From Candidatus Kaiserbacteria bacterium (lineage in GTDB: Bacteria > Patescibacteriota > Minisyncoccia > Phycocordibacterales > UBA918), in NCBI GenBank assembly GCA_016699245.1, contig CP064968.1:835042-899041 (forward strand): a DNA stretch of 64,000 nucleotides, read 5' to 3'. Shown piece after piece: positions 36,715 through 45,432 of this stretch (positions within the stretch are counted from its first letter, which is position 1; each line of letters opens with the position of its first letter). The translations under genes and the position numbers were made by a program. The notes under the pieces were generated by a model. The model saw nothing but the letters and a program-made list of their open reading frames with translations, searched no databases and was not told the origin of the DNA.

Positions 36715-36787
36715 GAGACTTGAACTCCTGACCTTCTCGGTGTAAACGAGCTGCTCTACCAACTGAGCTAATCGCGCATGTGTTTAT
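36712..36787 (-). tRNA. tRNA-Val (anticodon TAC), encoded CCA
   Basis: Acceptor GCGCGAT/ATCGCGC, anticodon loop TTTACAC, T-loop TTCAAGT, discriminator A, CCA present. Its 3' end is the right-hand att repeat. Confidence 0.8.
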
Positions 36788-36811
36788 TCAGTAAGCCAAA
36801 GTATATCGAAA

Positions 36812-37132
36812 ATGTGGCATTATGCAACATGCTTCGCATTATGCGGTATACTCATGACTATGTTTTCAGAAATTCATTGTATGGTGAGTGGAAAAGTGCA
36901 GCGCGTGGGATATCGTGATTGTATTGAAGGATATGCAAAAGAACACGGACTCTATGGTTGGATTAAAAATCATGAGAACGGTGCAGTGGAGATTGTGCTC
37001 CAAGGAACACCTGATGAACTGAAAGCGTGCATCGAGATACTCAACCAAGGGTCGTCACTTTCACGTGTGGAGAATATGGCAATTGATTGGCGTTCTCCAG
37101 AAATGACTTTTGATGAGTTTAAAGTGCTCTAG
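36812..37132 (+). CDS. Acylphosphatase
   Basis: VSGKVQRVGYRDCIEGYAKEHGLYGWIKNHENGAVEIVLQG matches the acylphosphatase signature. Confidence 0.85.
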   Translation: MWHYATCFALCGILMTMFSEIHCMVSGKVQRVGYRDCIEGYAKEHGLYGWIKNHENGAVEIVLQGTPDELKACIEILNQGSSLSRVENMAIDWRSPEMTFDEFKVL

Positions 37133-37177
37133 CAATTCAACTAGTAATTATTAAGAACAAAAGTGAGATTGATGTAG

Positions 37178-37879
37178 TTGTATGTATATATGAACGAAGA
37201 AAAAATACCACAGTGTGTCGGGTTTATTATGGACGGGAACCGTCGCTGGGCAAAAGCGCAGGGTCTTTCGACTCTTGAAGGACATGCCCGCGGGTACGAA
37301 CAGATGAAACGTATCACTGACTCTGTATACAGTGCCCATATACCACACATGGTGTGTTACGCGTTCTCAACGGAGAACTGGAAACGCACCGAAGAAGAGG
37401 TGGGTTACTTGATGCGCCTTCTTGAAAAGGCGATACACGAATTTCCCGATTTGCTTAAGCAAGAAGGGAAGCAGGCAAATATCCGTGTCATAGGTGAGCG
37501 TTCACACCTTTCACAGGGCCTCCAAAACGCTATTTTTAAAATGGAAGCGAGGAATGTGAAGTCTCCACAGCTTACTGTTTGGATTGCACTTTCATACGGA
37601 GCACGTGCCGAGATAGTGGACGCGGTGAATCGTGCGCTTCTTATAGGTACCCCGGTGACCGAAGAATCCTTTGGAGACCTTTTGTGGACTAAGGGCATGC
37701 CCGACCCCGATCTCATTATCCGCACAGGTGGGGAAAAACGTTTGTCCAATTTTCTCGCATGGCAATCAACATACAGTGAATTCTTTTTTGTCGACACACT
37801 ATGGCCGGACTTTGGAGAATCTGAGTTTCAGAGTATTCTAGAACAATATGCTAAACGAAAACGCCGTCACGGTGCCTGA
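37178..37879 (+). CDS. uppS: Undecaprenyl diphosphate synthase
   Basis: GFIMDGNRRWAKAQG and the cis-prenyltransferase C-terminal region. Confidence 0.9.
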   Translation: MYVYMNEEKIPQCVGFIMDGNRRWAKAQGLSTLEGHARGYEQMKRITDSVYSAHIPHMVCYAFSTENWKRTEEEVGYLMRLLEKAIHEFPDLLKQEGKQANIRVIGERSHLSQGLQNAIFKMEARNVKSPQLTVWIALSYGARAEIVDAVNRALLIGTPVTEESFGDLLWTKGMPDPDLIIRTGGEKRLSNFLAWQSTYSEFFFVDTLWPDFGESEFQSILEQYAKRKRRHGA

Positions 37880-38603
37880 TATTGAAGTCCTCTATGAGGA
37901 TGACGATTGCGTGGTGATACATAAGCCATCAGGCCTTGTAGTGCACGAGGATGGGAGGAGTGGAGAGCCGACGGTGGTGGATTGGCTTCTTGCCCGCACG
38001 CCACAGGCGCGCGGAGTGGGGGAACCTGGTCTTGCACAAGACGGCACTCCTCTCAAGCGCTCGGGCGTAGTACATCGCTTGGACAGAGATACTTCTGGAG
38101 TACTTATTCTTGCAAAAACACAAGAAGCATTTCTTTTTCTTAAAGAGCAGTTTCATGACAGACACGCACAGAAGGAGTATCGTGCATTTGTATACGGAAC
38201 GATGAAAGAAAAGTGGGGTACTGTTGATCGCTTTATCGGGAGGAGCAACAAGGATTTTCGTTTACGCTCAGCAGAGCGTGGTGCGCGTGGTACGCTCAGA
38301 GAAGCAAGGACAGACTGGGAACTCATTGGCCAAAATAGCACCCATGCGTATCTTAAAATTACCCCAAAGACCGGCCGTACACACCAGATTCGTGTCCACT
38401 TACGCTCGATTGGGAGACCGATTGTGGCCGATACGCTCTATGCAACAGAAGATACGCGGGGGAAAAGTAACCTTGGCTTCAAAAGACTCGCTCTCCACGC
38501 TCACCGTATTACCCTTACACTTCCCACCGCCGGCGAACGCACTTTTATAGCGCCATTACCCCCCGATTTTATCGAGGCGGCCGACGGTATTGCGACCGCA
38601 TGA
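37848..38603 (+). CDS. RluA-family pseudouridine synthase
   Basis: VVHRLDRDTSGVLILAKT catalytic Asp motif. Confidence 0.85.
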   Translation: MLNENAVTVPDIEVLYEDDDCVVIHKPSGLVVHEDGRSGEPTVVDWLLARTPQARGVGEPGLAQDGTPLKRSGVVHRLDRDTSGVLILAKTQEAFLFLKEQFHDRHAQKEYRAFVYGTMKEKWGTVDRFIGRSNKDFRLRSAERGARGTLREARTDWELIGQNSTHAYLKITPKTGRTHQIRVHLRSIGRPIVADTLYATEDTRGKSNLGFKRLALHAHRITLTLPTAGERTFIAPLPPDFIEAADGIATA

Positions 38604-38684
38604 TTCCTGTGTTAAAGTACAGCACGTTTTAAAATCTAGTATTAGAAACGCGGATTTAGAGTAGTAACCAGTATTAATCGTATT

Positions 38685-39314
38685 ATGAATACAGCAATAG
38701 CAGGAATCACAATTTCTTCCGTCAACATGGAAGATCGCAAGAACCTTGATATCAAGGCGGGGGACATCGTGCGTGTTCACCAGAAGATTGAAGATAAGGG
38801 CAAGACACGTATCCAGATTTTTGAGGGACTCGTACTTGCGCGCAAGCATGGTGCTGAGGCAGGTGCCACCTTTACCGTACGAAAGGTTGTTGATGGAATT
38901 GGTGTAGAAAAAATCTTCCCACTCTACTCTCCACGTATTGATAAGATTGAGATTGTACGTCGCAGTACAGTCCGTCGTGCAAAACTCTACTACATCCGCG
39001 AGAAGGTTGCGCGTGAGGTTAAGCGCCAGATGCGTCGCATGCGCCTCATGAATGTGTCTTCAGAGTCTGAAATTGAAGTGAAGGCAGATCGCGACCGAAA
39101 GGCTGCAGAGGAAGCAGCAGCAAAGGCAGCTGAGGAGGCTCGCCTCGCAGAGGAGGCAAAGGTACAGGCTGAAGCCGAGGCCGCACTCAAGGCAGCAGCA
39201 GAAGCAAAGGCCGCTGCAGAAGCCGAAGCAACACCCGCTCCTGAAGTGGTAGCAGAAGTAGTTGCAACTCCCGAAGTAACAGCAGAAACTGTAACCCAGG
39301 AGGAGACTAAATAA
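38685..39314 (+). CDS. rplS: 50S ribosomal protein L19 (bL19) with a roughly 90-aa Ala/Glu/Lys-rich C-terminal extension
   Basis: N-terminal 115 aa collinear with bL19 (GDIVRVHQKIEDKGKTRIQIFEGLVLARK...). The tail is EAAAKAAEEARLAEEAKVQAEAEAALKAAAEAKAAAEAEA... Confidence 0.85.
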   Translation: MNTAIAGITISSVNMEDRKNLDIKAGDIVRVHQKIEDKGKTRIQIFEGLVLARKHGAEAGATFTVRKVVDGIGVEKIFPLYSPRIDKIEIVRRSTVRRAKLYYIREKVAREVKRQMRRMRLMNVSSESEIEVKADRDRKAAEEAAAKAAEEARLAEEAKVQAEAEAALKAAAEAKAAAEAEATPAPEVVAEVVATPEVTAETVTQEETK

Positions 39315-39344
39315 GTATTTGGAATTGGAATGAAAAACGCGCGC

Positions 39345-39376
39345 CCCTACGGGGCGCGCGTTTTCTATTTTCATTG
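39345..39376 (+). terminator. Rho-independent terminator after rplS
   Basis: aaaaacgcgcgcccctacggggcgcgcgttttc. Confidence 0.8.
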
Positions 39377-39439
39377 ATTGATCAAAAGTGCATACATTAA
39401 TTGGTAGACGCTATATACTTGAGATAAAATTATACTGAT

Positions 39440-40108
39440 ATGGGATTACGAGGCCCAAAACCAAAAGGAAAAGTACACATCGAGTGATCATCCGATTTTG
39501 CGTATGCAATAGGCTTGCTGGTATCTGATGGAAATTTATCACCAGATGGACGCCATATTATTTTTACATCTAAGGATATTGAACTCATTATTCTTTTCCA
39601 AAAAGCACTCGACATTGAGGGGAATATCGGAAGGAAATCAAGTGGAACGATGAAGGAGAAAAAGTATTTTGTGGTGCAGTTTAGCGACGTGCTCTTCTAT
39701 ACGTTTCTAGTGAGTATTGGACTAATGTCCAATAAATCAAAAGTTATAGGTGAAATAGCCATCCCAGAAAAATATTTTTTTAACTTCTTGCTCGGCTCAT
39801 TTGATGGCGATGGTTGCACGTACTCATATTTTGACCCTCGATGGAAGTCTAGTTTTATGTTCTACACCGTGTTTGTTTCTGCAAGCAAAGAACACATACT
39901 TTGGATTCAAAGAGAAGTTTTCAGTCGCTTAGGTATTAAAGGTCATATTACAGGTGGCACTAAAAAACAGTGTTTCCAACTTAAATATGCGAAAGCAGAT
40001 TCGTTATTGTTGTTGAGAGCAATGTATACAAGTATTGATACCCCTTGTCTTATGCGAAAACGCTTGAAAATAGAAGAAATGTTGAGTACAATTGCCGAAC
40101 GTCTTTAG
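39440..40108 (+). pseudogene. LAGLIDADG homing endonuclease (two-motif, single-chain) interrupted by an in-frame TGA at 39485-39487
   Basis: Motif 1 DFAYAIGLLVSDGNL and motif 2 FLLGSFDGDGC are in one frame with ATG 39440 (MGLRGPKPKGKVHIE-TGA-SSDFAYAIG...). The ORF track restarts at TTG 39515. Confidence 0.65.
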
Positions 40109-40139
40109 TAGCGTATTTACGTTCTCTTGACAAAGTGTC

Positions 40140-40221
40140 GCCCAGGTGGAGAAATTGGCAGACTCACTACCTTGAGGTGGTAGCGCCGCAAGGCATGCAG
40201 GTTCAAGTCCTGTCCTGGGCA
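40140..40221 (+). tRNA. tRNA-Leu (anticodon GAG)
   Basis: Acceptor GCCCAGG/CCTGGGC, anticodon stem CTACC/GGTAG, loop TTGAGGT, long variable arm, T-loop TTCAAGT, discriminator A. Confidence 0.8.
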
Positions 40222-40243
40222 CAAAAGCGATAAAAACGACCAG

Positions 40244-40271
40244 ATTAGTTTCTGGTCGTTTCGCTTTTGTA
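40244..40271 (+). terminator. Rho-independent terminator after tRNA-Leu
   Basis: aaacgaccagattagtttctggtcgttt. Confidence 0.6.
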
Positions 40272-40322
40272 ACCCATCGCTCGATTATCTCCTCAGCACA
40301 ATATGCTACTATTTATATACAT

Positions 40323-41585
40323 ATGCATGAGAAAAAAAATGTGATTCTTCAGACTATTATTGCAGTGGCAATAATAGGGGTTGTTATCGCTATTGCGATG
40401 ACGTTTATGTCCAGTAATAAAAAAGTTAAAACACCACCCACAGAACAAAGCACTGAAACAAAAGAGCCAACACAAAATACCAATGATATTGTTGCAGGTG
40501 TATACAAAGACAGTATTCTGCGTAGCACTGATAGTGGTTTAAATTTTGAAAACTATTTCAAAATTGCAACAACGACAAATGCAAAGATTGGTATTGCAGA
40601 CGTGCTTAGTATTGCCTTTCATCCTGACACCGAAAACCGCATTGTGGTTTCTACCTATGATGATGGCCTGTTTTTAAATAATGAACCAGTGAATAGTTGG
40701 AAGCAGATTAGTTTCCCTCCGAAACAAATCTATAGTTTTATTCTCGATAAAAAAGACCCCGATAATCGAGCATTCGCTTCAGGAGTTGTTTCGGGAAATG
40801 GACGTATATTTAGAACTGATACCCAAGGTCAAGCGTGGCGCGCAGTATACGCGGAGCCTGGTGTAGACACCTACATTTCTGCACTTGTGCAGAATCCACA
40901 AAATGCAGATGTGGTGCTTGCTGGTTCAAGTGTGGGTACGGTGGTGCGCAGTGTAGATGGAGGAGATACCTGGAAAAATATTGGTCAGAATATTAAAGGA
41001 TACATCAGTGATTTCACCTTTGATAGTTCGCGTGCCTCATTTGTATATATGCTTGTGAGCAAAGGGAAAATATACCACTCTACTGACGGGGGGCTTACCT
41101 GGCTCAATTGGGAAGAGGAAAAAACAAAAGAGGTAAAGCGAATAAATGAGGAAGCTTCTGCACTTACACGAGCAGGAAATAAAGAGGGTGGAAAAAAAGT
41201 AAAAGCATCGGCCACAGCACTCCTTGAACGCAATAAAACAGAGAAGGCACCATCAGGACCAATTTTCATTATTGCAGATCCAAATACTTCTGGAACGGTG
41301 TACCTCAGTGCATCTGCTGGTATATATCGCAGTACTGATTATGGAAAGTTTTGGAAGCCAGTAAATATTATTGAAAGTGCATTGAAGTTCTCGATACCTT
41401 CTATAGCAATCAATCCAAATGATTCAAATGAGATTTCATTCGTGGCAGGCAAGACATTCTACCGTTCCATAAACGGGGGAGCGACGTGGGCAATTACCCC
41501 GCTCGATAACAGTCGTAATGCATCATTTGTGGCATATGACCCTTACGATCCCACCATTATCTACATTGGTACGAGTGCAAAGTAA
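40323..41585 (+). CDS. Membrane-anchored BNR/Asp-box repeat beta-propeller protein
   Basis: N-terminal transmembrane helix. Repeated S-x-D-x-G-x-T-W boxes: STDSGLNF, SVDGGDTW, STDGGLTW, STDYGKFW, SINGGATW. Confidence 0.75.
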   Translation: MHEKKNVILQTIIAVAIIGVVIAIAMTFMSSNKKVKTPPTEQSTETKEPTQNTNDIVAGVYKDSILRSTDSGLNFENYFKIATTTNAKIGIADVLSIAFHPDTENRIVVSTYDDGLFLNNEPVNSWKQISFPPKQIYSFILDKKDPDNRAFASGVVSGNGRIFRTDTQGQAWRAVYAEPGVDTYISALVQNPQNADVVLAGSSVGTVVRSVDGGDTWKNIGQNIKGYISDFTFDSSRASFVYMLVSKGKIYHSTDGGLTWLNWEEEKTKEVKRINEEASALTRAGNKEGGKKVKASATALLERNKTEKAPSGPIFIIADPNTSGTVYLSASAGIYRSTDYGKFWKPVNIIESALKFSIPSIAINPNDSNEISFVAGKTFYRSINGGATWAITPLDNSRNASFVAYDPYDPTIIYIGTSAK

Positions 41586-41683
41586 TACATAAAGAAAATT
41601 GAGGTGTACATAATGCAGCATAGGTTTTTATTTTTATGTCTCGACATTTTGTCTAAAAACCGCTATAACTATGCGTACCACAT

Positions 41684-41755
41684 GGCGGCTATAGTTTAGT
41701 GGTAGAACTCCGGTTTGTGGAGCCGGCCGTCCGGGTTCGATTCCCGGTAGCCGCC
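41684..41755 (+). tRNA. tRNA-His (anticodon GTG) with genome-encoded G-1
   Basis: G-1 then GCGGCTA...TAGCCGC with discriminator C; anticodon loop TTGTGGA; T-arm CCGGG-TTCGATT-CCCGG. Confidence 0.8.
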
Positions 41756-41797
41756 CAGACATCTAAAAAACTCCTTCGGGAGTTTTTTAGATGTCTG
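41756..41797 (+). terminator. 42-nt perfect palindrome (terminator) directly after tRNA-His
   Basis: cagacatctaaaaaactccttcgggagttttttagatgtctg. Confidence 0.75.
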
Positions 41798-42028
41798 GGC
41801 GGCTAAGGAAGCAAAAGGCTTTGCTTCCGTCCGGGAATCGAAGAGTCTGAATATATCGCAATGAGCCCTCTGGGCGAAATGAGATATGAAGACTGTACCG
41901 TTCATGTAATGAAAGATTACCCCGGTAGCCGCCCTAAAGAGAAAAGAATCAAATCATCTACGTTGGGTCTTGCAGAGTGGAAAAAACCAATGTATTATAA
42001 TAAAGTATTAAAAAGTAATACTAATTTT

Positions 42029-42241
42029 ATGACTACAATCTCTGTGCCACTTAATGCTGAAGCTGAAAAAGCGCTTAAAGAGCTTACCGAAATTACTGGT
42101 GTAAACCGTGTTGCGGTAATCAGGAAGGCAATCAAACATTATCGTGAGGAGGAGGCAATCAATGCGGTACTCAGAGCCGAACAGGAAGTGTCTGAAGGGA
42201 AGTTGCTTCGTGGTGCTCCACGAAAAATTTTGCTTTCATAG
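42029..42241 (+). CDS. Ribbon-helix-helix-type antitoxin (type II toxin-antitoxin)
   Basis: About 70 aa (MTTISVPLNAEAEKALKELTEITGVNRVAVIRKAIKHY...). Start taken at an internal Met of ORF 41861..42241. Its stop overlaps the start of the RelE-like gene. Confidence 0.55.
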   Translation: MTTISVPLNAEAEKALKELTEITGVNRVAVIRKAIKHYREEEAINAVLRAEQEVSEGKLLRGAPRKILLS

Positions 42242-42504
42242 TGTATATGAATATTGCATATACACCGCAGTTTGTAAGAATGTTTCGAAGACTTGAGCAT
42301 GCCCTCAAAGAAGAGGCTATTGAAAAAATTGAACTGTTTACAGAAGATCCTACACATTCGCAACTCAAGGCACATAAGCTCAAAGGAAAATTAAAGAACC
42401 GATACAGCTTCTCAGTGAACTACCAGATTCGAATTATTTATACGCCTATTTCAAAAAACGAGGTCGCGCTTCTTGCAATCGGTGATCACGATGTATATAA
42501 ATAG
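42241..42504 (+). CDS. RelE/ParE-family toxin
   Basis: KAHKLKGKLKNRYSFSVNYQIRIIYTPISKNEVALLAIGDHD matches the RelE/ParE fold. Confidence 0.7.
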   Translation: MYMNIAYTPQFVRMFRRLEHALKEEAIEKIELFTEDPTHSQLKAHKLKGKLKNRYSFSVNYQIRIIYTPISKNEVALLAIGDHDVYK

Positions 42505-42807
42505 TGAACAGTAGGGTGGGGTAATTCACGCAAGCTCCACCTGAAACTCTGGAATATAGATACTCGTATCGCCCAATCTCTCAAACACAGTTCTTACCAC
42601 AAGAGTATTTCCGAAATTATAGTCGAGTAAGACTCTCCTTAATTTCTAGGTCAACATCTCTATACAGAGACTGTTCAGGCGTTCGAAATGCCCCCAGCAT
42701 TTCTCACCTCCAACGAGTTGGCAACCTCTTGCAGAACGGGTCCCATCCTATTTTTCACTCTACGACGTCTCAGCATACTAAATGCCTTATAAGACGTTGG
42801 GCTTTAA

Positions 42808-43356
42808 CTACGACAGACTGCTAATGTCAGATATTTTTTTATATAAGATACACTTCATTCCCAGTTGACTGGCAGCGTCTATATTAATATCACTATCATC
42901 GATAAAAGTTACTTGATTTGCCTCTACCCCCAGTAGACTGAGTGTATGTCTAAAAATATCATTATTAGGTTTAACCATTCCAACCTCTCCAGAAATTACG
43001 ATTACATCAAAGAGAGATTCTAATTGGTTCTCTTTCAAGATGGGACGAATTAAATCTGAGGGGGCATTAGAACAAAGTGCAACAGGGTTCAAACTTTTCA
43101 ATCTTTTAATCACTGTAATGACTTCTTGGTCAATGATCGCCATTTCTCTCCATTGCTTTGTGGTTACTTCACTACTTTGATTTGTTATTTTTGCGAGTTC
43201 ATCGATTAAAACACTGAATGGAATCTTGCCAAGATCAACATCATGTATGTAGTTATTTCGTAATTCTGTAATATCATAATTTGGCAAATGTTTAGTGAAC
43301 CACGGATTAGCAACATTACTTGAAATTACTCCAAAAAAATCAAAAATATACGTCAT
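42808..43356 (-). CDS. HAD-superfamily hydrolase
   Basis: DxD motif I MTYIFDFFGVIS and motif IV FIDDSDIN. Confidence 0.8.
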   Translation of the reverse strand: MTYIFDFFGVISSNVANPWFTKHLPNYDITELRNNYIHDVDLGKIPFSVLIDELAKITNQSSEVTTKQWREMAIIDQEVITVIKRLKSLNPVALCSNAPSDLIRPILKENQLESLFDVIVISGEVGMVKPNNDIFRHTLSLLGVEANQVTFIDDSDINIDAASQLGMKCILYKKISDISSLS

Positions 43357-43502
43357 CTGTAAATTATATCATTTCAAAGTTCGGAATATTAATACTCGCA
43401 TCACCCAAACCCTCAAGCCTCGGTCGTACAACAGAGCTGATACGGGGCAGGCACAGTTCAAACATATTGACATAAATAATACTAAAATATATACTTTGGT
43501 AT

Positions 43503-43784
43503 ATGAATACGCATACTATTTTAAATATAAAAACAGATAAAAAGCTTAAAGCGGACGCACAAAAAGTGGCAAGCGAACTGGGTGTTCCCCTCAGTACAGT
43601 CATGAATGCTTTTTTGAAGCAGTTTGTTCGTGATAAGGAAATCACTCTTTCAGCTAATCAATATCGTCCAACACCGTACCTCGAAAGTATTCTCGAACAA
43701 GCACAAAAAGAATATGAAGCAGGTGATTTTATTGGGCCATTTAAAACAGGAGAAGAATTTATAGCCCATCTAAAGTCTCTCTAG
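43503..43784 (+). CDS. RelB/DinJ-family antitoxin
   Basis: ILNIKTDKKLKADAQKVASELGVPLSTVMNAFLKQFV matches the DinJ N-terminal RHH domain. Confidence 0.75.
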   Translation: MNTHTILNIKTDKKLKADAQKVASELGVPLSTVMNAFLKQFVRDKEITLSANQYRPTPYLESILEQAQKEYEAGDFIGPFKTGEEFIAHLKSL

Positions 43785-43785
43785 T

Positions 43786-44046
43786 ATGCAATACATTCTT
43801 TCGAAACAGTTTGAGAAAGATTTCTCAAAACTTCCGAATGCCACTAAAAAGAAAACTGTTGTTACTCTGGAAAAATTTACAGTGAACCCTCAGAATCCAA
43901 CCCTTCGCAACCATGGACTATTAGGGAAATGGAAAGACCACTTTAGTATCAACGTGACCGGCGATACAAGAGCCATATATTTTGTGATTGAAAAAGATGT
44001 TGTGAGATTTGTAGCGATTGGTTCACATAGTGAGTTGTATGAGTAA
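43786..44046 (+). CDS. YafQ/RelE-family toxin (mRNA interferase)
   Basis: 86 aa; PTLRNHGLLGKWKDHFSINVTGDTRAIYFVIEKDVVRFVAIGSH; 1-nt gap from the antitoxin. Confidence 0.75.
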   Translation: MQYILSKQFEKDFSKLPNATKKKTVVTLEKFTVNPQNPTLRNHGLLGKWKDHFSINVTGDTRAIYFVIEKDVVRFVAIGSHSELYE

Positions 44047-44210
44047 CTGCATGAGATAGGAGACGAGAAGGCTGGGTAGATTTAATATACTTTTGAGATG
44101 AAAAACTGCACCACCTACAACTTATTTTGTCTCTGTACAATATAATAAAACGAAAATTGTGACTGTGAACCTTGCCCCTTAACATAGACACGAGCGAAAT
44201 ACTCAAATCT

Positions 44211-45383
44211 TTAGTGCTTGTGGTTGGTGTGTTTAAGTGCTTCTGTTTCCTCAGAGAGAGTGTGTGCGCTCACTTCCTTTTCTGGTTTCTTAACGAGCAT
44301 GAGAACGGAAACAAACGTCGTGATAGGTACCGCAAGTACAAGTCCAATACTCCCAATCATAATTCGTACTATCTCTGTAGCGAAGATTTCAGTATTGATG
44401 ATACGACCTAATGTTCCACTTGAGGTCTGATAAAACAAAAGAAGGAGGGGAAGTGAAGCCCCCACATAGGCAATAGCAAGTGTATTCACGAGTGCTCCAA
44501 TATGCTCTCGTCCGATACGAAGTGCACGCTGGTAGATAGTCTTTCTCGGCACATGGGGAGCTATGCGAGTGAGTTCTTCCACTGAGACGGATTGACCAAT
44601 TGCTGCGTCATACAGTACACCGAGGAGTCCAATAATGATTCCTCCTAAGAGAAGTCCGATAACATCAATCGAACCACCAGCATTAAGGTTTAAGTACACA
44701 ATCTCTTCTGATCCAAAACCGCTCAGTCGTGTCATACGAACCGCCCAATATGCAAAAAGCCCTGTGAGTGTAACGGTAAAAATCATTCCGAGTACCGCTG
44801 CAGATGTAGTGCGAGTAAATCCGTGGGTAATATAGGAGCCAAGAATGATTATGAGCGAAGATACTGCAACCGTGATCAAAAGAGGAGAATACCCATGCAT
44901 GATGCCGGGAAGGAGTACATAGAAGATAAAAAGGAAACTCCCCACAAGACTTGCGAGTCCTCGCATACCCTGTTTTCCTCCAAAAATAAATACGATAAAT
45001 ACAAAAAGCCCCACAAGAAAAAATAACTGGGGCAGACGATAGGGGTCGTTTACCATGTAGAAATCGAGACCACTGTATTGATCTACGGTATGCATCAAGT
45101 AAAAAGTCTCACCTTCATCGAGATTAAAATAATCATTTTCTACAGTAATAACTTTCCCTTTTTCTTCGCCGTCCAAAATTTTCACCCTAATTGTTTGGAA
45201 CGAATGTGTGGCACCAGTCCCTTCAACGGGTCTTGCTTCTTCTTTTTCAATCGCCATAACGCGAGCCTTCATGAGTGTCACGGTATCGGACATCAATTCA
45301 GCTTGTGCAAATGAAGCATGCACAGGGAAGAGAAGGGTTACCATTGCCACAGATACGAATATAAAAAATTGTCGCATACGCAC
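44211..45383 (-). CDS. YibE/F-family membrane protein
   Basis: Signal/transmembrane N-terminus, extracytoplasmic domain, then about 7 transmembrane helices with YibE/F-like Gly-rich segments. Confidence 0.65.
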   Translation of the reverse strand: MRMRQFFIFVSVAMVTLLFPVHASFAQAELMSDTVTLMKARVMAIEKEEARPVEGTGATHSFQTIRVKILDGEEKGKVITVENDYFNLDEGETFYLMHTVDQYSGLDFYMVNDPYRLPQLFFLVGLFVFIVFIFGGKQGMRGLASLVGSFLFIFYVLLPGIMHGYSPLLITVAVSSLIIILGSYITHGFTRTTSAAVLGMIFTVTLTGLFAYWAVRMTRLSGFGSEEIVYLNLNAGGSIDVIGLLLGGIIIGLLGVLYDAAIGQSVSVEELTRIAPHVPRKTIYQRALRIGREHIGALVNTLAIAYVGASLPLLLLFYQTSSGTLGRIINTEIFATEIVRIMIGSIGLVLAVPITTFVSVLMLVKKPEKEVSAHTLSEETEALKHTNHKH

Positions 45384-45432
45384 TAGTATACACGCAGGGC
45401 GGTGGGGATACTATTGCGAATGACTTGCATTA

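Larger units (their letters stand above)
31692..36734. mobile_element. About 5-kb integrative element inserted in the 3' end of tRNA-Val. It is bounded by a 21-bp direct repeat and encodes a large serine recombinase. Cargo is a Shedu-like nuclease plus a DNPH1-like/MOSC pair
   Basis: Direct repeat gtgcgcgataagagacttgaa at 31692-31712 and 36714-36734 (25 of 26 nt when flanks are included). The right copy is the 3' 23 nt of intact tRNA-Val. The recombinase gene ends inside the right repeat. The left end carries the nested-hairpin repeat and two AAATACCC...GGGTATTT palindromes. Confidence 0.75.

Noticed and set aside
39485-39487. In-frame TGA in the homing endonuclease as evidence for an alternative genetic code (UGA = Gly, code 25)
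   Set aside because: All other long genes (polA, nrdA, ATPase, gdhA and others) are uninterrupted, and the TGA codons in this window behave as stops at gene ends in this and other frames. A single internal TGA in a selfish gene is more likely pseudogenisation or error.
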